NCBI GenBank assembly: GCA_965204345.1
Contig: OZ241981.1
Coordinates: 1,728,001-1,792,000 of the forward strand
Direction of reading: 5' to 3'
DNA: 64,000 bases
DNA from: Nitrosopumilus sp.
GTDB taxonomy: Archaea; Thermoproteota; Nitrososphaeria; Nitrososphaerales; Nitrosopumilaceae
Below the pieces are notes generated by a model. That model was not told the DNA's origin, ran no database searches, and was given only the letters and a program-made list of their open reading frames with translations. Shown one piece after another: positions 1-8,900 of the stretch. The translations under genes were made by a program, and so were the position numbers. Within the stretch, counting starts at the first letter, position 1. The number at the start of each line of letters is the position of its first letter.

Positions 1-2631
1 AATAGTATCAGATGGCTGATTCAAGTCATATGCTACATCTTCATCTACACCGTCAGCAGAAAGCGTTGCATTCAGGATTGTAATGGGCGGTGCAATATTT
101 ATGACACGTGTCCCGCTTGGGGGCACTGCAATCTCATACAAGTCTTCTTCGGTAGTGAAAATTTTCAGGTCGGTTCCCTCCATGTTTACAGATTGTACAA
201 ACAATTTAGACACAGCATGGTTTATTCCTGGGAATGATACCGAATAGTCGTCATGCATGAATCCTGATTTTACCTCCATGTGATTCCAGTCCGTCATATT
301 CAATGAGTCCAGTGACTCTGTTGTTGGGCCGCTGTCAGGCGGAAGTGATTCGGAGCGAAGAGTAATAGTTGCAGGACTGCCAGAGGTCACACCATCATGC
401 GGTGTTACCTCAATTGTATCGGTGCCTGCAAAGTCAGAGTTTGGTGTGAATATGGCACGGGATGCGGTCTTTGTGATAAACTCGTCAGTTGTTATGGTTC
501 CCTGTGTTGGATCTTTGGATATTCTAAATGATACGGCATCGCCGTCAGGATCTGAGGCTACTAACCGTATTATCTTTTCTGCTCCGGGGCTGACTATTAC
601 TGTGCGTGATTCTGCCACAGGAGGACTGTTCTGAGGAGGAGTTAATGATGATGGTACAGGTGAAAGGGGATTGGTGCTTGCCAGTGCAAAGTTTTGTACC
701 GGCTTGTTTATGTTGTCAATGTTTGAGCCGCTAACTGTTATGGTGTATGTTCCGGTGAGTGTGGGTTTAAACACTGCAAACTCGTTTGTCTGATGTTCTG
801 ATGCTGCCCGTATTATGGTAGTATCATCCGGAGATGTTATGGTAAAATCCAAATTGGCAATGGGAACTGCTGTATCAGTACGATTCAACTGTTCGTCTAT
901 ACTCCCATGCGGATGAACCAGCCATGACAGTATCACTTTGACTGGTTTTTCGGTGTCACGTACGACAAACTCGTACTTCTTTTTATCTGTATTTGACTCT
1001 AGATGGTTTGACATTATATGGGATGATGATGCACTGTGAACATACCTGAGTGATTCAGCAGTGTTTAATATGCCAAAGCCCACATTGTTTAGGATTCCAA
1101 GGGATGCAACATTGTTTGCCACAAAAGGATCCGAAGGCTGTCGGGCATAAGAACAGTTGTCGTTGGGATTGCTTGTTTCATACTGTGCAGACGTGCAAGG
1201 GACTGGACCCTGCCAGTCAGCCCCAAGAAGAAGTATGGTCTTTATCTCAACTGGGGTCAGATCAGGTTCTGCCTGTAGCAACAGGGCAGCAGTTGCACTT
1301 ACCTGGGATGCAGCATAGCTGGTTCCGGACCGAGGAGAAAAAGTGTCAGATTCTGCAATATTATCCAGTGTCTGAAGATTATGTGCAGGTGCAACTATCT
1401 CAGGCTTTAGTAGGACTGTTCCGGGTGCTGGACCCCTGCCTGAAAAATCTGCCCTTTGTATTGTTTCACCACGATCATTTATTCCGCCTACGGTAATTTC
1501 ATTGTGTCCACACCCAGGATGGGTTATAGATTGATAAACTGGCTGGTTTGGCGCTCCATAAATTGTGCCCCTGTTTCCTGCAGATGATACTGCAATCATT
1601 CCCTTGTCAACTGCCTCATTTGTGATGAAATTAACTGTGCTTACATGACTCGCACTACATAGTCCAAAGCCAAAGCTCATGTTTGCTATGTCTGCTCCGT
1701 TTCTAAATGACCAATCAAGGGCATGTACCACATTTCTTGCATTTAGATTAATGTAGGTATGATTTTTATTCTCATCTACATGATGTCTGCCAATTGAGGC
1801 ATCCAAAAGTTCCACACCCGGGGCAATGCCGTTATGAGTTGGGAGTCCTGATGCGGCAAGAACTTGGGCTACCCACGTACCGTGGGATGGAAAGACATGA
1901 TCGGCTGTTCCATTATTAACGCCGATCACACTAGCAGCAGTTTTAGGATTACACGTACCGTTACTGCACTCTACGCGGTCAGTGATTCTGCTGTTAAATG
2001 CAGTGTTGTGGCTGATCCCACTGTCAATGATTGCCACAACAACTCCACTACCATCAAGATTGGTGCCAGTTGCAGTACGAATCTCATAAGGAGTTGCATG
2101 GACGGTTTCACTAGCCGTATCAACTTCCAGAGTTACTGGGGTTTCACCATCTCCCATGGCATACACCTCGTCATAAAGTGAGAGCCCCGGAACATCTGCA
2201 ACTGGGATGGATGCAGTTACAAATGACAGTGACTCTGCTGCCGCTATGTTGCGTGCGCCAAGAAGATCAAGTCTCTTTACTATTGCATCCTTGTTCTCGC
2301 GCGCCGTCTCATCTGCATCTCTGTCATCGTCCCCGTCATCTCTGGCCACTACAATTAGGACATCATAGTATCGCGTGCCGTCATGTACGCCATAATCGCC
2401 ATCTTGGGGTACCTCAGATATGAGACCCTGGATTTTATCATAAAAACCGCCATCAAACTTGGATGGTACATCCACACTTGCAACAGAACCTGGTGTATTG
2501 TCATCTGGAATAAGATTGCCTGGCACTGCAAACTGTTCATTCTCATCAGTTTGAGATATGGACTCTAACGGGGATACAAATAAAATGACAAGTGAAAAAA
2601 TTATGATAGATAATGTTATTTTTAATTTCAT
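1..2631 (-). CDS. Secreted S8 (subtilisin-like) multidomain serine protease, copy 1; partial, runs off the left window edge
   Basis: Manual translation from ATG 2631 (MKLKITLSIIIFSLVILFVSP, signal-like). Motifs: VAIIDSGI (Asp), SHGTWVA (His), SAGNRG (oxyanion Asn), GTSYAASQV (Ser). No stop found in the translated part; its absence from the ORF track fits an ORF open to base 1. Homologous to 33931-36567. Confidence 0.9.
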   Translation of the reverse strand, partial: MKLKITLSIIIFSLVILFVSPLESISQTDENEQFAVPGNLIPDDNTPGSVASVDVPSKFDGGFYDKIQGLISEVPQDGDYGVHDGTRYYDVLIVVARDDGDDDRDADETARENKDAIVKRLDLLGARNIAAAESLSFVTASIPVADVPGLSLYDEVYAMGDGETPVTLEVDTASETVHATPYEIRTATGTNLDGSGVVVAIIDSGISHNTAFNSRITDRVECSNGTCNPKTAASVIGVNNGTADHVFPSHGTWVAQVLAASGLPTHNGIAPGVELLDASIGRHHVDENKNHTYINLNARNVVHALDWSFRNGADIANMSFGFGLCSASHVSTVNFITNEAVDKGMIAVSSAGNRGTIYGAPNQPVYQSITHPGCGHNEITVGGINDRGETIQRADFSGRGPAPGTVLLKPEIVAPAHNLQTLDNIAESDTFSPRSGTSYAASQVSATAALLLQAEPDLTPVEIKTILLLGADWQGPVPCTSAQYETSNPNDNCSYARQPSDPFVANNVASLGILNNVGFGILNTAESLRYVHSASSSHIMSNHLESNTDKKKYEFVVRDTEKPVKVILSWLVHPHGSIDEQLNRTDTAVPIANLDFTITSPDDTTIIRAASEHQTNEFAVFKPTLTGTYTITVSGSNIDNINKPVQNFALASTNPLSPVPSSLTPPQNSPPVAESRTVIVSPGAEKIIRLVASDPDGDAVSFRISKDPTQGTITTDEFITKTASRAIFTPNSDFAGTDTIEVTPHDGVTSGSPATITLRSESLPPDSGPTTESLDSLNMTDWNHMEVKSGFMHDDYSVSFPGINHAVSKLFVQSVNMEGTDLKIFTTEEDLYEIAVPPSGTRVINIAPPITILNATLSADGVDEDVAYDLNQPSDTI

Positions 2632-2740
2632 GAATAATTATATTATAGTAAGATATATTTAACTATTTTGTCAGTGTGTTTCTGCTAAGGTGATGAGCGT
2701 GCGGCATTCCCAGTGTTAATTCTCAAGGGGTGAATTAAGA

Positions 2741-2905
2741 GTTCTGATAAGTTTTGGTGTTTCATGCCACAAATCACAAATCTGAGAGATCTAGCATTGC
2801 ACCTCTTTTGGGATTTTTTGATGGCCAGAATAAGTCATTCTTTTTTTTAAGAAAACCGTCTCTTTTGCAGTTTACTGTCAAATTCCGCTAGTCAGAATCT
2901 ACCTG
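2741..2905. promoter_or_regulatory. Conserved non-coding element upstream of S8 copy 1 (42-bp core 2741-2782 plus ~120-bp extension)
   Basis: Core GTTCTGATAAGTTTTGGTGTTTCATGCCACAAATCACAAATC recurs at 11013-11054 (3 mismatches), 37802-37843 (identical) and in degenerate form from ~46104. Regulatory role is inferred from position. Confidence 0.6.
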
Positions 2906-2983
2906 ACCCAAAAACTGCCTTGCAGTATAATGGATCAAAAATACCTGAAGATAGCGAGAATGGCAAAGGGGGGGGAGGAAAGG

Positions 2984-5900
2984 CTAGCCCAGCGGAATCT
3001 CTACTGTCTGTGTCAGTGTTCCCTGCTCAGCGCCGTTGGTGCTAACGCTGATTGCGTTGCCGCCCTGCTGGATGCCTCTCAAGGAGTTGACCTGCTCATC
3101 AGTGTGCGTAAACTGTACAAAGACATTGAGGTCATCATTGCTGTCTTCCCTGCCATACCTGTCTGGGAACGCTATGGTGGTTACAGTTTGTCCGGGGATG
3201 CCAAGTTCTCTCTCTGCAAACACGTCTGGTACTGACTGCAACACCACGTATTGCGTTAGTGCCTCACCAGTATCCTCGTTTGTAAATTCAATGTTGGTGT
3301 TTAGGAATTCTCTGAGCACGTCTGGCAGGTCTGTCTGCGTTGATTTGTCGTTAATTTTCATGCTTGATTTTTGAGATACTGCCACGTTTGCATCCCCAGA
3401 CGCAATTGCAATTTCTGCAGATGTTGGGACGGTGATCTTGCTTTTGTCTCCTGCCACAATCTCAATGGTGTCACCTCCCAAGAGAACGCCTCTCATGGAG
3501 TTGATCTGCTCATCAGAGGATGAGATTTGCAAGAAGAGGTTTGGACTGTTGTTGTTGTTGTTGTTGTTGTTGCTCTCCTCAGAACCGGGCCTGTCCACCA
3601 ATGCGACGGTGGTAACGGTCTGTCCGCTGATTCCCAGGACGGTCTCGGCATATCTGTCAGGGTTTGATTGCAGTGTCTGGAATTCAGTGAGTTTCATACC
3701 GGTGTTAACATTTGTAATATCTGCAAAGTCGTTGATGAACTCACGGACTAGGTCAGGCGTTTGTACTTGGGTGGGGCCTGGCATGATAATATCATCTGAG
3801 AAATCCACTTTTTTGGATGACAGGTCAGGCGTTACAGCTGCACTGCCACCGGTAATAACAGGCGAGGATGATAACTCGTATGTGTTTACAGATACAGAGC
3901 CAGAACACTCGGTGAGGTTAAATGACTTTGAATCAGTTGATACTCCCCTTGCTGCGATATTTTCCACATGTACGCGTACAAATGACTCGTTTGGTGAGAG
4001 GCCTGCATCAAATGAGATTCTTCCAAGATAGGGCTGCTCATCAGAGCGTTCTGCCGTGATTATGCCTGCGTTGGTTCTAAGCTTTACAGAGAGATTGTCA
4101 GTTACAGGACCGGCTATTACGTTGATTGTGTTTGCCTCACAGACGTCCCATTGTACGTCGTACAAAACAGCTCCGGAGGCATTGTTTGCAACAGATGAGC
4201 CGCTGAAGGAGGAGGCACCGCCACCGCCACCGCCACCGCCACCGCCACCGCCACCGCCACCGCCACCGCCACCGCCACCGCCACCGCCACTGCGGCTACT
4301 AGAAGGTGTGGATGGTGTAGGTTCGACAGGAACCGTAGAGAATGAGCCAAATGAGCTAAAGTGAGTGGTCCAGATGATCATATCAGGAGCATCACGAACA
4401 AAACAGGATTCCAACGCAGTACCAGCTCCAATATTGTCATTGGCAGTAGTCTGATTGACAGGAACAAACGGACACACAACCAGTGATCGTGATACCACGT
4501 TGCCATCTGTATCCTCTCCTGAGAAAAAGGCTCCCTCATGGTCTGCCTGGCCAGGCAAGAGTAATCTGACTGCCTGATCAAATGTCAGCCTGGTGTTGCC
4601 ATCACCGACTGAGAATGCCAGTCCTATCTCGTCATTTGGGGTTGGAGGATCAACAGCAGTACCAGCAGTAACAAGGGTTGGAACGGCAATGGTGCCACTC
4701 CAATCATTTGATGAACCGTTTACAACTATGCCTGCTGGATAAGTGACAGATACAGTTTGGGAATCAGAGACATCAGTGATAACCTCAGTTGTAGAATCAG
4801 AAATTCTCACACTCTTTACTCCGCTTGCAGCATCATCAGCAAACGTGGGGGTGGCACTAAAGTCAAGCAGCTGGCCATCAGTGGCAATAATTGTGTCAGG
4901 TAATGTGTCAGATACCACGTTGAGGGTGATCAGATTTGAGGATGGCTCATATGTCACCACGCCACCATCACCTCCAGAGGGGATATCGGCCTCAATTTCA
5001 TCTCCTGTGGTGCTGATGGTGATGGTAACTAAGTCAGATGCCTCATTGGGATTGCCTGCAAGGTCTGCTGCCATACCTGCACCTATTGATACGGTTACTG
5101 TTCCGTCTGTGGAGCCGCGTGCCACATTAAAGGTGTAGACACTTCCTTCTCCATTAATGTTGGATGCTGTGGGGGTGCCGCCGTTTGCAGTACCAGTTAC
5201 TGTAATGTCTTCCAGATCAAAGTTCTCAATGTCCTCATCAAATGTTGCCGTAAAGGTTACGGGGTCATCGTTGGTGGTGGTGCCATCATCTGGTGTGATG
5301 GTTACTGTTGGGTCTACCATGTCCACTGTGAATGTGCTAGTATTACTTGCAGTGTTGCCCCCCGCTGCCACACCGGCAGGTATGGTTACTGTCAGTAGAC
5401 CTCCTGTGGTGATGCCGTGTGTGACTGTAAAGGTGTAATCAGCACCGGTTCCAGCAAAGGCAGATATCAGGCCAGACGTGTCAGTTCCGTCAATTGTCAC
5501 GACAATGTCATCTCGAATGAATTGTGTGACATCACCGTCAAACGTTGCCGTAAATTCGATGGCCTCAGAGTTGGTAGGATCAGTTACATCGGTGCTCAGG
5601 GATACTGATGGGACAGTAGTATCTATTGTGACGGTAACTGGAGTAGATGCGGTGTTGTTATTGCCTGCAAAGTCTGTTGCCACATTTGCTGCAATTGACA
5701 CAATTACGGTTCCGTCACCGGATATGCCTGCAACATTAAAGTTGTATATGCGGGCATTAACTGTCTCAAAGCCGGATGCTGTAAGGGTGCCACCGTTGGC
5801 AGTGCCTTCCACTGTAATGTCTTCTAGTTCAAAGTTCCTAACGTCATCGTTAAATTCTATTCTAAATGGTACCGTATCAAGTCCGGTGCTGCTGCCTGCA

Positions 5901-8900
5901 GATGAAGTTACAGAGACTGTTGGGGCAAGAGTGTCTATTGTGACGGTAACTGAATTAGATGCCTCGTTGTTATTGCCTGCGGCGTCTGTTAGTGCATTTG
6001 CTGCAATGGATGCAGTTACGGTTCCGTCTGTAGTGCCGCGGAGAACCTCAAAGTTGTATATGCGGGCATTAACTGACTGAACGTTGGATGCTTCAGGATT
6101 GGTGGCGTTTGCAGTGCCTGTTACTGTAATGTCATCTAGGTTAAAGTCAACGTCCTTGTTGAATGTTGCCGTAAATAGTACTGTAGTAAGATTAGTGAAA
6201 TCATCTGCAGTTGTAGTTACAGAGACTGCTAGTGGAATGGTGTCTATGGTGACGGTAACTGAATTAGATGCCTCGTTGTTATTGCCTGCGGCGTCTGTTA
6301 GTGCATTTGCTGCAATTGATGCAGTTACGGTTCCGTCTGTCACGCCGCGGGCTACATCAAAGGTGTAGGTACTGCCTGATCCTCCAAGGTTGTCTGCTAC
6401 TGGACTACCGCCGTTGGCAGTGCCTGTTACTGTAATGTCATCTAGGTTAAAGACAACGTCCTCGGTAAATGTTGCCGTAAACGTTACGGGGTCATCGTTG
6501 GTGGTGGTGCCATCATCTGGTGTGATAGTTACGCCGGGAGATATCCTGTCCACTGTGAATGTACTAGTATTACTTGCAGTGTTGCCCTCTGCTGTCACAT
6601 CGGCAGGTATGGTTACTGTCAGCTGTCCTCCTGTGGTGATGCCGTGTGTTACTGTAAAGGTGTACTCAGCACCGGTTCCAGCAAATGCAGATATCAGGCC
6701 AGGTGTTTCGGTTCCGTCAATTGTCACGACAATGTCATCTCGAATGAATTGTGTGACATTACCGTCAAATGTTGCCGTAAATTGTATGGCCTCAGAGTTG
6801 GTAGGATCAGATGCAGATGTGCTCAGGGATACGGATGGGACAGTAGTGTCGATTGTGACGGTGACCGGAGCAGATGCGGTGTTGGGGTTGCCTGCAAAGT
6901 CTGTTACATCACCTGCTCCAATTGATGCAGTTACGGTTCCGTCTGTCACGCCGCGGGCTACATCAAAGGTGTAGGTACTGCCTGATCCAAGAAGGTTGGA
7001 TGCTGCAGGACTGCGGTTGTTTGCAGTACCTCTTACCGTAATGTCACCTAGGACAAGCCCCCTAACGTCCTCGGTAAATGTTGCCGTAAACGTTACGGGG
7101 TCATCTCCGGTGGTGGTGCCATCGACAGGCGTGATAGTTACGCCGGGAGATATCCTGTCCACTGTAAGCGTACTAGTATTACTTGCAGTGTTGCCCTCTG
7201 CTGCCACATCGGCAGGTATGGTTACTGTTAGTAGACCTTCTGTGGTGATGCCGTGTGTTACTGTAAAGGTGTATTCAGCACCGGTTCCAGCAAAGGTTGT
7301 TATCAGGTTACCTGGTGGGGTGGCGGTGACTCCGTCAATTGTCACGACAATGTCATCGGCGATAAATCCTGTGACACCACTGCTAAATGTTGCCGTAAAT
7401 TGTATGGCCTCAGAGTTGGTAGGATCAGTTACATCTGTATTCAGGGAGGTAACTGATGAGCTTGGAGGGGTTGTGTCTTGTACGGTTATCGTCTGTGTTG
7501 CAGTAGCTGTGTTTCCTGCAGCATCAGTGGCAGTCCATGTAACTATTGTGGGGCCAAGTGGAAAATTATCTGGTGCGTCGTTAGTTATGGCAGGACTTGG
7601 ATCTGCATTGTCTGTAGCCGTTGCCGTACCAATATTAACAGGCGTCAGTATGCCGGTAGCCTCTACAGTGAGATCAGCAGGCGCAATAATTACAGGATTT
7701 GTGGTATCTGGAGGGCCAGTATTGTCGTCGTCACTAGTTATAATAATACGAAACGTCTCAGTAGCAGTGTAGGGACCAGATCTCGCAGTTAGGGTAATAG
7801 GATAAGTGCCAGCAGGGAGGTGGTCCGTTCTGATGATATAGGATACCGTGCCATCACCGTTAGGTCTAGTGAGGGCGGTGGGAGCGGATTCTTCTGATGG
7901 GAAAATCAGTATAACTGGAACATTGTCGACATCCGGTGGATAAGGCACGGTCAGAGTATAGCCCTGTCCCTGACGCAGATGGATATCATCAATAGGTTCT
8001 ATCATTAGAGGATTTACGAATGGCTCGATGTTAAGATCATCAATCCGTACGAATTCACCGTTTGCGTTTGATAGTGCCACAAATCGCAGTAGTGTATGTG
8101 ATTGGGGTATGCTCAGTATCAGGGATTCAGATACCCACATGTCGTTAGCATCACGAATGCCAGTATATGCTCTCAGTGTTACCCATCCAGAGTCTGTCAG
8201 GTACTGCACATACAGACCCTCACGTCCGTCAAGTCGGCTATCAAGGTATCTGTTAAAGGACACTTCGAGTCGGCCTTCTGTGTCTAGTGGCAGGTTAAGT
8301 GTCATAATACACCGGATATCACAGTTTTGAGATGATGCTAACATGTTGGAGGGATTGTCTTCGTCTGGAGCTATCTCCCAATTGCCACGGCCAGCATAGA
8401 ACCAAGGATTAAAATCAAGAGGGAACCGCGGATCGAACTCTTGCCAGTAGGCACCAAGGAACCAATTATTAAATGTGTCAAAACTGTCAGTCATTATGTT
8501 TGATGACGGGGTCGGAACGTTTGGGATTGCAAATTCCATGTGGTGCAGTCTCATAATGTCATATGAAGAATCATATCCTGCGCGTTCCCATGCCTTGTAG
8601 AAGTCTTCAAAAGTACCGATGGGATTATTCCTAATTACATCCATAATTTCATCATCTCCCAATTGCAGGTTATCTAAATTATTACCGTTCCTGCTGTATT
8701 CTAAATTGTCATGTATTCTATCAACGTTATGATCTTTGATATCCCATAGCGCTGCGGCTACCCGTCCTTCAACTAATTGTCCATAAAGAGGACCATTAAG
8801 GGAACCAGTATGTGTGGGTTGAGCAAGAAAAATTGATTCTCTGTGCCGCTCCAAATTAGTATTAAAAACTGTATCTCGTCCAAGACTTGAATTGGTAACT

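Noticed and set aside
2930-3235. ORF MDQKYLKIARM.. present in both module copies
   Set aside because: Mostly antisense to the giant gene end, and it terminates at different points in the two copies; conservation reflects the duplication only.
3036-7792. Many long plus-strand ORFs (Val/Ser/Thr-rich, poly-Pro, poly-Leu), and equivalents at 38097-43415
   Set aside because: Antisense shadows of the repetitive giant gene; their composition is the codon mirror of the Thr/Asp/Gly-rich minus-strand protein.
7740-8470. Diversity-generating retroelement TR/VR pair
   Set aside because: No reverse transcriptase in the window; differences between the copies include indels and all four bases, not adenine-only changes.
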